Assembly: GCA_019309045.1 (NCBI GenBank)
Contig: JAFDGZ010000004.1
Coordinates: 5,178 to 69,177, forward strand
DNA: 64,000 bases
Source: Deltaproteobacteria bacterium
Lineage (GTDB): Bacteria > Desulfobacterota > Syntrophobacteria > BM002
Direction: 5' to 3'
A program made the position numbers and the translations under genes. This document shows, one piece after another, positions 49,300 through 59,200 of this stretch. The notes below the pieces were generated by a model. It was not told the DNA's origin. It worked only from the letters and a program-made list of their open reading frames with translations, and did not search any database. Every line of letters begins with the position of its first letter. Positions within the stretch are counted from its first letter, which is position 1.

Positions 49300-50008
49300 A
49301 GCAGAACCCCTTGTGCAGGTGTCTGAGTTGTACAAACACTTCGGCAGTGACGAGCGCCGTGTGGAGGTGTTGCGTGGGGTCAATCTCAGCATAAAAAGAG
49401 GCCAGAGTGTGGCAGTGGTGGGAGCTTCAGGAGTAGGCAAATCCACCTTACTCCACATCCTCGGGACGCTGGAACGTCCAAGTTCAGGTACGGTGCAGTA
49501 CGAGGGGGAGGACGTATTCAGTTTGCCTGAAGAAGCCCTGGCAATGTTCCGCAACCAGACCATCGGCTTTGTGTTTCAGTTTCATCATCTGCTTGCCGAA
49601 TTCACCGCACTAGAAAACACCATGATGCCAGCTTTAATTGCCCGCAAAGGCAAGAGAGAGTCCAGAGAAATGGCAGAAGAGGTGCTGGCTCAGGTTGGCT
49701 TGAGCCATCGGTTGGCACATCGTGTTGGAGAACTGTCTGGGGGCGAGCAGCAACGGGTTGCTGTGGCGCGCGCCCTGGTGCTCAGACCAAAAGTACTTCT
49801 TGCAGATGAGCCCACGGGAAATCTGGACACGAGAACTGGAGGCGATATTCATGAACTGTTGTTACGCCTTAATCGTGAACACAATGTGAGTATGGTGGTG
49901 GTCACTCATAATATGGAGTTGGCCGGTATGATGGAGTTCAGACTGCAGTTGAAAGACGGTACTTTGCGGCAAGTTTCGGAGGACGTCAAGGGGGCGTCAG
50001 CAAGTTGA
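49292..50008 (+). CDS. lolD: Lipoprotein-releasing system ATP-binding protein LolD
   Basis: ABC motifs [26 protein letters not shown] and [11 protein letters not shown]. The start overlaps the lolE end. Confidence 0.85.
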   Translation: MSRAEPLVQVSELYKHFGSDERRVEVLRGVNLSIKRGQSVAVVGASGVGKSTLLHILGTLERPSSGTVQYEGEDVFSLPEEALAMFRNQTIGFVFQFHHLLAEFTALENTMMPALIARKGKRESREMAEEVLAQVGLSHRLAHRVGELSGGEQQRVAVARALVLRPKVLLADEPTGNLDTRTGGDIHELLLRLNREHNVSMVVVTHNMELAGMMEFRLQLKDGTLRQVSEDVKGASAS

Positions 50009-52638
50009 GAAAGTGCTTCTATCTGATTCCGTTTCTCTTTTGTCTCGTCTGGGTCCAGTCGCTTTATGGGCAGGCCGTACGGATAGCCATCGTGCCATTC
50101 ACCTTTCATAGTGTGGAGGATCTCAGCGGTCTGCAGGGACCGCTGTTGAACCTGTTCATGAAAAGCTTGCGAAAGCAAGGATTTCAGCCCATCTCTGCCA
50201 AAGACGCCCTTCAGGGTGAAGCAATACAGGTGGGCACCGCAATGACTGACGCCCTGGCGAGAGCCATTGGTCGGTCCTTGGAGTGCGACTTCGTTTTGTA
50301 CGGAAGTTTGAGCAAGTTTGCCGAGCAAATCAGCCTCGATGTTCGCCTGGTAGATGTGAAGGGCGCCAGGCCAACTGCCTCCATATACGCGGTGAAGGTG
50401 GGTCTGGAAAATCTTGCCAGTGCCGTGGCCGATGTGGTTGCAGAGATCAGTATTCGTGTCTACCGCAAGAAGAAGATCTATGAGATAGTTATCCGCGGCA
50501 ATCGCCGGGTAGAAGACGAGGCAATAAAGCTAGTAATTCACAGCAAGCCAGGTCAACTATTGGACCAGGCACAATTACGCAAGGATCTCACAGCCATTTA
50601 TAAGATGGGCTATTTTACGGATGTGCGGATAGAGACTGAAGATACCCCCCAGGGGCAGAAGGTTATTTTCGTTGTGGTGGAAAAGCCGACCATCAACAAG
50701 GTGGTAATTCATGGCGCCCATGCAGTGAAGGAGGATGACATCCGGGGTGCCATTGCCACCAAGCCCTATACCATCCTGAAGCAGGCTACCATCACTGAAG
50801 ATATGGAAAGAATACGGGCGCTCTATCGAGACAAAGGATACTACAATGCCAAGGTAACCTACGAAGTGCAGCCTTTGAAAGGCAATGCCGTGGTGGTGAA
50901 ATTCAACATCAAAGAACACCAGAAGCTCTACATAAGGAAGATTATCTTTACTGGAAACCACGAATTTAGCGACAAAGAACTCAAGAAGAAGATCAAGACT
51001 TCAGAGAAAGGATTCTTTTTCTGGCTCACAGAGTCCGGCATCCTCAAGCAAGAACAGCTGGACATTGACGTGGATCGACTGGCGGCATTCTATCACAACC
51101 AGGGGTTTGTGGACGCCAAGGTGGGAAGTCCGGTGATTACCTACGATGACAAGGGAATTAATATTGAATTTCCCATCTTTGAAGGGAAGCGCTTTAGGGT
51201 GGGCAAGGTGAAGGTCACGGGGATCGAGCCGGAGGATGAAAAAAAACTGCAGAGTTCCTTAAAGTTACCAGAGACAGAATACTTTAGCAGAGAAGTTCTG
51301 GCGCGGGACATTGAAGCGATTACCAATTACTACACGGACAAGGGTTATGCCTTTGCAGAGGTGATTCCTCGCATTCGTGAAAATCCTGCTGAACAGCTGG
51401 TTGATGTTGACTACGAGGTAAACAAAGGCCAGCTGGTATACTTTGGCAGGATAACAATCAGCGGCAACACCAAGACACGCGACAAGGTGATCAGGCGCGA
51501 GCTGCGAGTAGTAGAGCAGGGACGCTACGACAAGGCCAAACTGCAGCGAAGCGTTCAAAATCTCCGTAGGTTGGATTATTTTGAAGGTGTGGCCGTAGAC
51601 ACCATGAAGGGGAAAAAGCCGAATGAAATGGATCTCAATGTCAAGGTGAAGGAAAAACCTACCAGTTTTGTTTCTCTGGGGGCTGGCTACAGCTCTGCAG
51701 ACAAAGTTTTTGTGGCCGGCCAAATCGCCGAGCGCAATCTTTTCGGGAGAGGTCAGCAGCTACAGTTTCAGGGGCAATTCGGCAAAGACTCCAACAGATT
51801 TATGCTGCAGTTCACCGAACCCTGGCTGTTTGACATGCCCCTCTCTACAAGTGTTTCTGCCTATAGATGGTTCCGGGATTACGACGAGTACAGCAAGGAA
51901 AGTTATGGCGGCAAGTTGGGCTTTGGCTACCCGGTGTGGGATTACACCAGGCTGTATATGTCCTATGGCTATGACCACTCCGCAGTGCAGAATGTATCTA
52001 GTTCGGCAGCTGACTTTATCAAGGATCAGAAGGGCACCATCATCTCCAGCGTAATCAGCACTATTCTGCGCCGGGACAGCAGAGATCACCCGTTCTTCAC
52101 CACCAGAGGCTCCGACAATAGTCTCACTCTGGACTTTGCCGGCCTGGGAGGAGATGCGGGGTACATCAAAGCCATATTTAACAGCGGCTGGTACTATCCT
52201 CTGTTCTGGAAATTCGTCGGCTTTCTTCATGGAAAGATCGGCTTTATAGAGGAGGTGGATGGCATGGTGCCCATCTATGAACGCTTCTTTCTAGGTGGCA
52301 TAAACTCAATTCGCTCTTTTGGTTCAGGTGACGTGAGTCCACGTGACCGGAAGACGGGTGACCGGATAGGCGGCAACAAGATGGCGCTTTTCAACGCAGA
52401 ACTCCTCTTTCCTCTCATAGAGTCCCAGGGTTTGAGGGGTGTAATATTCTTTGACGCCGGCAACAGCTACGATAACGGTGAAAACATAGATATCAGCAAG
52501 TTCAAGTTGGCGGTAGGTGGGGGATTTCGTTGGCAATCACCCATGGGACCTCTCAGACTTGAATGGGGTCTAAACCCAAGTCCCAGCAAGGATGAATCTC
52601 GCACAAAGTGGCAGTTTTCCATGGGGGTCTATTTCTAA
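50005..52638 (+). CDS. bamA: Outer membrane protein assembly factor BamA (five POTRA domains plus a beta-barrel) with an extra ~135-aa N-terminal domain between the signal peptide and POTRA1
   Basis: POTRA1 begins at about aa 163 ([17 protein letters not shown]). The C-terminal Omp85 barrel ends ...WQFSMGVYF. The TTG start overlaps the lolD stop. The extra domain begins [12 protein letters not shown]... Confidence 0.85.
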   Translation: MRKCFYLIPFLFCLVWVQSLYGQAVRIAIVPFTFHSVEDLSGLQGPLLNLFMKSLRKQGFQPISAKDALQGEAIQVGTAMTDALARAIGRSLECDFVLYGSLSKFAEQISLDVRLVDVKGARPTASIYAVKVGLENLASAVADVVAEISIRVYRKKKIYEIVIRGNRRVEDEAIKLVIHSKPGQLLDQAQLRKDLTAIYKMGYFTDVRIETEDTPQGQKVIFVVVEKPTINKVVIHGAHAVKEDDIRGAIATKPYTILKQATITEDMERIRALYRDKGYYNAKVTYEVQPLKGNAVVVKFNIKEHQKLYIRKIIFTGNHEFSDKELKKKIKTSEKGFFFWLTESGILKQEQLDIDVDRLAAFYHNQGFVDAKVGSPVITYDDKGINIEFPIFEGKRFRVGKVKVTGIEPEDEKKLQSSLKLPETEYFSREVLARDIEAITNYYTDKGYAFAEVIPRIRENPAEQLVDVDYEVNKGQLVYFGRITISGNTKTRDKVIRRELRVVEQGRYDKAKLQRSVQNLRRLDYFEGVAVDTMKGKKPNEMDLNVKVKEKPTSFVSLGAGYSSADKVFVAGQIAERNLFGRGQQLQFQGQFGKDSNRFMLQFTEPWLFDMPLSTSVSAYRWFRDYDEYSKESYGGKLGFGYPVWDYTRLYMSYGYDHSAVQNVSSSAADFIKDQKGTIISSVISTILRRDSRDHPFFTTRGSDNSLTLDFAGLGGDAGYIKAIFNSGWYYPLFWKFVGFLHGKIGFIEEVDGMVPIYERFFLGGINSIRSFGSGDVSPRDRKTGDRIGGNKMALFNAELLFPLIESQGLRGVIFFDAGNSYDNGENIDISKFKLAVGGGFRWQSPMGPLRLEWGLNPSPSKDESRTKWQFSMGVYF

Positions 52639-52901
52639 AACATACTGAAGATGAAGGGTCTGGCACTCCGGAGTTGCTTGCCACTGTGTTGGTGGTGATC
52701 AAAGAGTTTTCAAGGGGAGGGCCAGAAGGAAGACCTGGAGATAGCTGAAATGCTTGCAACCTGAGAGCTACTAGATTATTCTGGTGCCAGTTTGTGGTCC
52801 CACTGTGACCCTGATGAAATGAAGCCTCCCTTCTTACAACGAACGAGTCGAGTAAGTGAGGAATGGGCTGCGACGATAATGATTGAACTAGGAGTCCTGC
52901 G

Positions 52902-53432
52902 ATGAAAAAGTACGCTGCTTTTTTGACGATCTTTCTGTTGTTTTATGGAGTGGGCATTGCCTCTGCCGCAGAGGTGGTGAAGCTGGGTTACTTCGATATG
53001 CAAACCATTATAGAACGCTCTGAAATAGGCAAGCAGGGTGCAGAGAAGTTTCAGCAGCAAAAGGAAAAAGTTCGGCAAGAGTTGTCTGGCAAATTGAAAG
53101 AAATCAAAGCACTCGATGAAGAGTTCAAGAAAAAGGAACAAATATGGAGTGCTGAAGTGAAAAAGCAAAAAGCTCAAGAGATCATGGCCAAAAGGATGGA
53201 ATATGACCGCCTCGCCTACGACGCTAACCGTCAGCTCGACAAGCTGCAGCAAGAATTGCTCAATCCTATAAGGGATAAAATCTTCGACATTATAACCCGT
53301 ATTGGCAAGGAAGAGGGCTACACCATGATCTGGGAAATGCGCCGGGCAGGCTTGGCCTATGCCCCAGCCTCTCTGGAACTCACAGACAGGATTATCAAAG
53401 AACTCAACGAGAGAGTGAAAAAGAGCAAATAG
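52902..53432 (+). CDS. skp: Periplasmic chaperone Skp (OmpH family)
   Basis: Signal peptide and a coiled-coil-rich OmpH pattern (FQQQKEKVRQELSGKLKEIKALDEEFKKKEQ...). Confidence 0.85.
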   Translation: MKKYAAFLTIFLLFYGVGIASAAEVVKLGYFDMQTIIERSEIGKQGAEKFQQQKEKVRQELSGKLKEIKALDEEFKKKEQIWSAEVKKQKAQEIMAKRMEYDRLAYDANRQLDKLQQELLNPIRDKIFDIITRIGKEEGYTMIWEMRRAGLAYAPASLELTDRIIKELNERVKKSK

Positions 53433-53618
53433 TAGAAATGGCTGGTCCGGAAATGTTTGTCGACAAGACAACGCCCTTTTCCTGGATTGGCATCCACTGA
53501 CTTCGGGGGAGGATAACAACCGATTAATCCGGGTAGGTGTTTTCCCGAAGCGGGCTTACCTTGCCGATTGGCGAGATATCCCGAGAGAGCCACACCGTTT
53601 GGGAGGAGCAGAGGTCGG

Positions 53619-54680
53619 ATGGACGGCAAGATGGAAACAACCCTGGGCGACCTGCAGCGAATGGTTGGCGGTGAACTGCATGGGGACCCGGAGTTGAGAA
53701 TCTCCGGGGTTGCTCCTCTGGAGAGTGCCTCAGCTGGTGACATCTCTTTTGTTATATCTCCCAAATACAGTAGTGCAGCCAGGTCATCAAAGGCTGCTGC
53801 TTTCGTCGTTCCTCGAGGTATGGAAGATTTCCAAAAACCGCGGGTTGTTCACGGTAATCCCTATCTAGCCCTTGCCAAGATTCTTGCTCTGTTCAGTCAC
53901 GATGTTGTTCAGGCCGCCGGAGTGAGCTCCGCAGCTCATCTGGATCCTGGGGTAAAGTTGGGCAAGGACGTTTCTGTACATCCAGGGGTCTATGTTGGCG
54001 AGGCAGCAGTCTTGGGTGATCGGGTAATCTTGTTGCCAGGGGTTTATATTGGTGCCGGTGTTCACATTGGGGAAGACTGTCTAATTTACCCGAATGCCAC
54101 CATTCTCGAGCGGTGCCGCCTTGGCAAGAGAGTAATAGTCCATAGCGGCACGGTAATAGGCAGTGACGGCTTCGGTTATGCCCAGGAAGACGGCCGCCAT
54201 GTGAAGATTCCCCATCTCGGCATAGTGCAAATCGATGATGATGTGGAAATAGGGGCTAACTGCACTGTTGATCGAGGGACGCTGGGGAGAACCTGGATCA
54301 AGCGCGGAGTCAAGATAGATAACCTTGTGCAGATAGCCCATAATGTGGTTATCGGTGAGAACAGCATTATTGTTGCCCAGGTGGGAATCTCAGGCAGTAC
54401 TCGCCTTGGAAAGCACGTGGTGCTGGCGGGCCAGGTGGGGGTGGCGGGACACCTCGAGATAGGTGATGGAGTGCGAGTGGGAGGACAATCTGGAGTTGCC
54501 AAGTCTATTGCACCTGGGGAAACCGTGTCGGGCAGCCCTGCCATTCGTCATCAGGACTGGTTGCGCAACTGCGGCATCATGAAGAGGCTGCCAGACCTCT
54601 ACAGAGAGATGCGAGAACTGGAGCAAAGGCTGAACCATATCGAACAAATAGTTGGTGCTCGTGGCAAGGGGTTGGAGTGA
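53619..54680 (+). CDS. lpxD: UDP-3-O-(3-hydroxyacyl)glucosamine N-acyltransferase LpxD
   Basis: N-terminal LpxD domain and left-handed beta-helix hexapeptide repeats. Confidence 0.9.
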   Translation: MDGKMETTLGDLQRMVGGELHGDPELRISGVAPLESASAGDISFVISPKYSSAARSSKAAAFVVPRGMEDFQKPRVVHGNPYLALAKILALFSHDVVQAAGVSSAAHLDPGVKLGKDVSVHPGVYVGEAAVLGDRVILLPGVYIGAGVHIGEDCLIYPNATILERCRLGKRVIVHSGTVIGSDGFGYAQEDGRHVKIPHLGIVQIDDDVEIGANCTVDRGTLGRTWIKRGVKIDNLVQIAHNVVIGENSIIVAQVGISGSTRLGKHVVLAGQVGVAGHLEIGDGVRVGGQSGVAKSIAPGETVSGSPAIRHQDWLRNCGIMKRLPDLYREMRELEQRLNHIEQIVGARGKGLE

Positions 54681-55141
54681 TGATAGAAATAGGAGAAATT
54701 CTCAGAATCATGCCTCATCGGTACCCTTTCCTTCTCGTCGATCGGATAGAGAAGTTGGACAAGGGCAGTGAAATCGTAGGCTTGAAAAACGTAACCATAA
54801 ATGAACCTTTTTTTATCGGACATTTTCCTGGCAAGCCGATCATGCCGGGAGTGCTTATTGTGGAAGCAATGGCCCAGGTGGGCGGCGTTCTTGCTTTTGT
54901 TTCCTCCCAGGCGGAACTGTCAGGCAGCCTTGTCTATTTCATGGGTATGGACAAGGTCCGCTTTCGAAAGCCTGTGGTCCCGGGCGACCAGTTGCGTCTG
55001 CACTTGAAAATGCTTCGGCAAAAGAGGAAGGTTTTCAAGATGCGAGGGGAGGCGTACGTTGGTGATTCCCTGGTGGCTGAGGCTGAACTGATGGCTGCAA
55101 TTGAAGATACTCCAAAGAAGGCAGAAGCAAGTGAGAGCTGA
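54677..55141 (+). CDS. fabZ: 3-hydroxyacyl-ACP dehydratase FabZ
   Basis: [14 protein letters not shown] and [19 protein letters not shown] are present. Confidence 0.95.
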   Translation: MMIEIGEILRIMPHRYPFLLVDRIEKLDKGSEIVGLKNVTINEPFFIGHFPGKPIMPGVLIVEAMAQVGGVLAFVSSQAELSGSLVYFMGMDKVRFRKPVVPGDQLRLHLKMLRQKRKVFKMRGEAYVGDSLVAEAELMAAIEDTPKKAEASES

Positions 55142-55925
55142 ACAGAGAGCTGTCAGAATTCATCCGACGGCTATTATTCACACCAGCGTCAAACTGGAAC
55201 CTCCGGTCGAAATCGGGCCATACTCGGTGGTCGACGCGGAGGTTACTATCGGCAAGAACTGTAAGATTCATGCCCACGTCCATATTGCTTCATACACCGC
55301 AATTGGACCTCGCTGCGAGATCTATCCTTTTGCCTCTGTAGGTACACCGCCACAGGATCTCAAGTACGATGGTCGCCGTACGGGTACAGTCATCGGTGCT
55401 GACAACGTGATCAGGGAGTTCGTTACCATCAACCGGGGCAGCGTAGGGGGGCAAGAGATAACGAGGATCGGCGACCATAACTTGCTGATGGCCTATAGCC
55501 ATGTGGCGCATGATTGTGTTCTCGGCAATCATGTCATAATGGCCAATGCCGCGACTCTCGCCGGCCATGTCAATGTGGAAGATTTTGCCGTTCTTGGCGG
55601 CCTGACCGCAGTGCACCAGTACGTGCGCATAGGCACCCATGCCTTCGTAGGCGGCAAAACAGGAGTTTCCAAAGACATCCCGCCATATGCACTTGCTGCT
55701 GGCGACCGGGCTCGTCTCTATGGCATCAACACCATCGGTCTGAAAAGAAAGAATTTTAGCGAAGAAGTACTGCGGGCTCTGAAGGATTGTTACCGGATTT
55801 TGTTTCGCAGCCACAAACCGCTTCGCCAGGCACTTGCAGAGGCCGAGCGCAAGTGGGGCAATTTTGCCGAGGTGAGAATCCTGCTGGATTTTATTCTCGG
55901 CTCCCAGCGAGGCATAACCCGTTAG
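55131..55925 (+). CDS. lpxA: Acyl-ACP--UDP-N-acetylglucosamine O-acyltransferase LpxA
   Basis: IHPTAIIH, hexapeptide repeats and a C-terminal helical domain. A GTG start at 55131 is preferred over the ATG at 55101 because it gives an N-terminus collinear with LpxA. Confidence 0.85.
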   Translation: MRAEQRAVRIHPTAIIHTSVKLEPPVEIGPYSVVDAEVTIGKNCKIHAHVHIASYTAIGPRCEIYPFASVGTPPQDLKYDGRRTGTVIGADNVIREFVTINRGSVGGQEITRIGDHNLLMAYSHVAHDCVLGNHVIMANAATLAGHVNVEDFAVLGGLTAVHQYVRIGTHAFVGGKTGVSKDIPPYALAAGDRARLYGINTIGLKRKNFSEEVLRALKDCYRILFRSHKPLRQALAEAERKWGNFAEVRILLDFILGSQRGITR

Positions 55926-56065
55926 TGTCTTCTAAAGCTGTCAACAGTTGGGCCGTTGAGAGGTATAGATTAGATTGCTGCGGAAAGCCCTGCCTTCAAA
56001 GCTGAGTATGTTGACCTGTGAAACTTTGCCGGTCTTTCCCTCGTCGAGTTCTTGGTGGCACTGTG

Positions 56066-57964
56066 AATAGAATAGGACTAATTGCAGGGAGCGGCCAGTT
56101 TCCTCTCCTCTTCGCCCGGGCTGCCAGAAGCGCCAATTATACAGTAATAGCTGTAGCGCTAGAGGGTGAGACCGATGTGCGTTTGCAGGAAGAGGTGGAC
56201 CAGTGTACCTGGGTGAAACTGGGTCAACTGGGTCGCATGATAGAGACCTTGCAGCAGGCGAGGGTCTCTGAAGCTGTGATGGCGGGTTCAGTTGAAAAGA
56301 CCAAGCTTTTCCGGAAAATACGACCGGACTGGAAGGCGCTGAACCTGCTGGCGCGGATGTTTCACAAACAAGATGACGCCCTCCTGCGAGCACTGGCCCA
56401 GGAAATGGAACGGCATGGTATCAAAATTAGAGCCTCCACCATGTTTCTGCCCGATCTCCTCGCTCCCAGGGGCATCCTTGGTCGTCGCACCCCGAACAGA
56501 CGTGAGCGGCGAGATATCGAATTCGGCTGGCATCTGGCCAAAGAGATCGGCAGGTTGGATATAGGTCAGTGTATAGTTGTCAAAGACCAGGCTGTGCTGG
56601 CTGTTGAGGCAATTGAGGGAACCGACCAGACCATACTCAGGGGAGGCAGACTAGGTCAAGAAGGCTCTGTGGTCATCAAGGTCAGCAAACCAGGACAGGA
56701 TCTGCGTTTTGATGTCCCTGCAGTGGGTTTGCAGACCATAGTCAATATGGAGCGGGCAGGGGCAAAGGTTCTGGTCCTCGAAGCTGGTAAGACATTGATG
56801 TTTGACCGGCAGGAAATGATTCATGCTGCTGACCGGGCAGGCATTGCCATTGTCTGCAAAGAGGAACAGGGAGATTTTCTTGAACGGCAATTCCCTGTCG
56901 CTCCTGCGTGTCGGCGAGCGTCCTCCCGAGGAGAAGAACAAGCCGGCAATGGTTTGCCTCCCCGGATTGTTTCAGGAGGGCAGCAAGAGAAGATTAGTGT
57001 GGCTGTGGTGGGAGTGGGCTATCTGGGAAAGTTTCACACTGAAAAATACGCCAGCTTGCCTGACGCGGAGCTGGTTGCTGTGGTGGACATCGACGAGGCC
57101 AGAGCTTGCCAGGTAGCGAAGAAATTCTCTTGTCAGCCTTATTTTTCTCACCAGGACATCATTGGTAGGGTTGAAGCGGTAAGTGTGGTGACTCCCACGA
57201 AAGAGCACTATCATATTGCCCGGGATTTGCTGGAAGCTGGCATCCATGTGCTCGTGGAAAAACCCATGACAGTGACTCTGCCGGAGGCAGACATTCTCAT
57301 CGAGTTGGCCAGAGAGAGAGATCTTACTTTGCAAGTAGGACACCTGGAACGGTTCAACCCTGCAGTGGTGACCGCGCGGGAGCACGTGCAGCAGCCGTTG
57401 TTTGTGGAATCGCATCGCCTGGCTTCTTTTACTGAACGGGGAACCGAGGTCAACGTCATACTGGATCTTATGATCCATGACATTGACATTATTCTCAGCC
57501 TGCTGTCTTCTTCTTTGAAAGACCTGCATGCTGTGGGAGTTAGGGTTCTCACGCGCCATATTGATATTGCCAGCGTACGGCTGGAGTTTACCGACGGCTG
57601 CATTGCCAACCTGACAGCGAGTAGGATATCTGCCAAGAAAATGAGAAAGATAAGAATATTTCAACCGGACAGCTATATATCTCTGGACTATGCTGCCAGG
57701 AAGGTGGAGCTGTTTCGTAAGCTGAACCAGACGGGTTCTGACGGATTGCCGGAGATAGAATACCAACGTCTGCAGGTGGCCGATGTGGATCCCTTGCAGG
57801 AGGAGCTCCGTGCCTTCCTGCACTCCGTACGCAGCGGCGAGCCCCCAGTGGTGAGCGGCAAGGCCGGCAGAGACGCCCTGGAGCTTGCTACCCTGGTGAG
57901 CGATGAAATTCAGCAGAGGACGAAGGAGCTCAGCAGAGTCCTCGGCCTGGCCGGGGAGGGCTAG
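56066..57964 (+). CDS. lpxI: Fusion protein: N-terminal LpxI (UDP-2,3-diacylglucosamine pyrophosphatase, DUF1009) joined by a ~40-aa linker to a C-terminal Gfo/Idh/MocA-family NAD(P)-dependent oxidoreductase (GnnA-like)
   Basis: The LpxI part runs aa 1-280 (VNRIGLIAGSGQFPLL...AIVCKEE). The Rossmann start ISVAVVGVGYLGKFH opens a Gfo/Idh/MocA domain that continues to the end. One continuous frame; no internal stop. Confidence 0.7.
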   Translation, partial: NRIGLIAGSGQFPLLFARAARSANYTVIAVALEGETDVRLQEEVDQCTWVKLGQLGRMIETLQQARVSEAVMAGSVEKTKLFRKIRPDWKALNLLARMFHKQDDALLRALAQEMERHGIKIRASTMFLPDLLAPRGILGRRTPNRRERRDIEFGWHLAKEIGRLDIGQCIVVKDQAVLAVEAIEGTDQTILRGGRLGQEGSVVIKVSKPGQDLRFDVPAVGLQTIVNMERAGAKVLVLEAGKTLMFDRQEMIHAADRAGIAIVCKEEQGDFLERQFPVAPACRRASSRGEEQAGNGLPPRIVSGGQQEKISVAVVGVGYLGKFHTEKYASLPDAELVAVVDIDEARACQVAKKFSCQPYFSHQDIIGRVEAVSVVTPTKEHYHIARDLLEAGIHVLVEKPMTVTLPEADILIELARERDLTLQVGHLERFNPAVVTAREHVQQPLFVESHRLASFTERGTEVNVILDLMIHDIDIILSLLSSSLKDLHAVGVRVLTRHIDIASVRLEFTDGCIANLTASRISAKKMRKIRIFQPDSYISLDYAARKVELFRKLNQTGSDGLPEIEYQRLQVADVDPLQEELRAFLHSVRSGEPPVVSGKAGRDALELATLVSDEIQQRTKELSRVLGLAGEG

Positions 57965-57979
57965 GGGTCTGGGAGGCCA

Positions 57980-59161
57980 GTGGTCAAAAAAGTCTTCATC
58001 ATAGCCGGGGAAGCTTCGGGGGATCTGCACGGCGCCAGCCTGGTAAAGGCTATGCGCTCATTGGATCCCTCCATTACTTTCCGCGGTGTAGGTGGAGACC
58101 GTATGCAGCGGGCAGGTGTAGTGCTGTGCGGCAGTGCGGCTTCCATGGCAGTGGTGGGAGCCACTGAGGTTGCCTGGCATCTCGGGACCATCGCCTCAAC
58201 TTTCCACAAGTGCATTGTCACCCTGCGCACCTGGCGTCCAGACCTGGTCATCCTCATTGACTACCCCGAGTTCAATATGCTCATTGCCAGGCTTGCCAGG
58301 AAGTTTGCTCTCAAGGTCATGTATTATATTGGCCCCCAGGTGTGGGCTTGGCGCCCTGGCCGGGTGAATACTCTTTGCAGGTGTGTGGACAAGATGGTGG
58401 TTGTCCTGGACTTCGAGGAGGACATTTACCGCAGAGCCGGGCTTGACGTTGCCTATGTGGGTCACCCCCTTCTCGATGTGGTAATACCGCGGAGCAGCGG
58501 TGATATGCTTGAGCAGCTGGGGTTCGCAGGGGAGCAAAAGAGATTCATTGGCCTGCTTCCCGGCAGTCGGCGAGGCGAGATCAAGTCATTGCTGCCCCTC
58601 ATGTTGGCCAGCGCTGAAATTCTGGCAACTAAAGTCGATGGGCTCCATTTTGTTGTCCCACTGGCTCCGACCATTCAAAAGAGAGAGCTCTCTGACTTTT
58701 TACAGGGACGAAATCTGCCTTTGACACTGATCGAGGGACGAACCCACCAGGTTATGCAAATATGCAAGGTGTTGCTGGCGGCCTCCGGCACGGTGACACT
58801 GGAGGCTGCTATCCTGGGCACCCCATTTGTGGTAGTCTACAAAGTGAACCCCCTGACTTACAAGCTGGGCAGAGCACTGGTCAGGGTGGACCACCTGGCC
58901 CTGACTAACATTATAGCTGGTGCTGCCGTTGTTCCGGAGCTGCTGCAGCACGAGGCCCATCCTGGAGCGATAGCGGAGGAAGTTCTGCGGCTGTTGGAAA
59001 ATTCATCCTACCAGGAAGGCATGAGAGAGGCGCTTGCTCGGGTACGTCAGCGCCTGGGAACTCCCGGGGCATCCGAGAGGGCCGCTGCTATAGCTGTGGA
59101 GATGCTTGCAGGCGGGAAGTCTACCTGCAGGGCTGCAGCAGCTGCCAGGCGGGCCCCTTGA
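57980..59161 (+). CDS. lpxB: Lipid-A-disaccharide synthase LpxB
   Basis: Start MVKKVFIIAGEASGDLHGA and a GT-B fold, collinear with LpxB. Confidence 0.9.
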   Translation: MVKKVFIIAGEASGDLHGASLVKAMRSLDPSITFRGVGGDRMQRAGVVLCGSAASMAVVGATEVAWHLGTIASTFHKCIVTLRTWRPDLVILIDYPEFNMLIARLARKFALKVMYYIGPQVWAWRPGRVNTLCRCVDKMVVVLDFEEDIYRRAGLDVAYVGHPLLDVVIPRSSGDMLEQLGFAGEQKRFIGLLPGSRRGEIKSLLPLMLASAEILATKVDGLHFVVPLAPTIQKRELSDFLQGRNLPLTLIEGRTHQVMQICKVLLAASGTVTLEAAILGTPFVVVYKVNPLTYKLGRALVRVDHLALTNIIAGAAVVPELLQHEAHPGAIAEEVLRLLENSSYQEGMREALARVRQRLGTPGASERAAAIAVEMLAGGKSTCRAAAAARRAP

Positions 59162-59200
59162 AGCGGCCAACTGCAGAGCTGAGCCAGGAAAGAGAAACTG

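Noticed and set aside
52669-52690. Sigma-54-like motif TGGCACtccggagTTGCT upstream of skp
   Set aside because: The GG to GC spacing is 12 nt instead of the obligatory 10.
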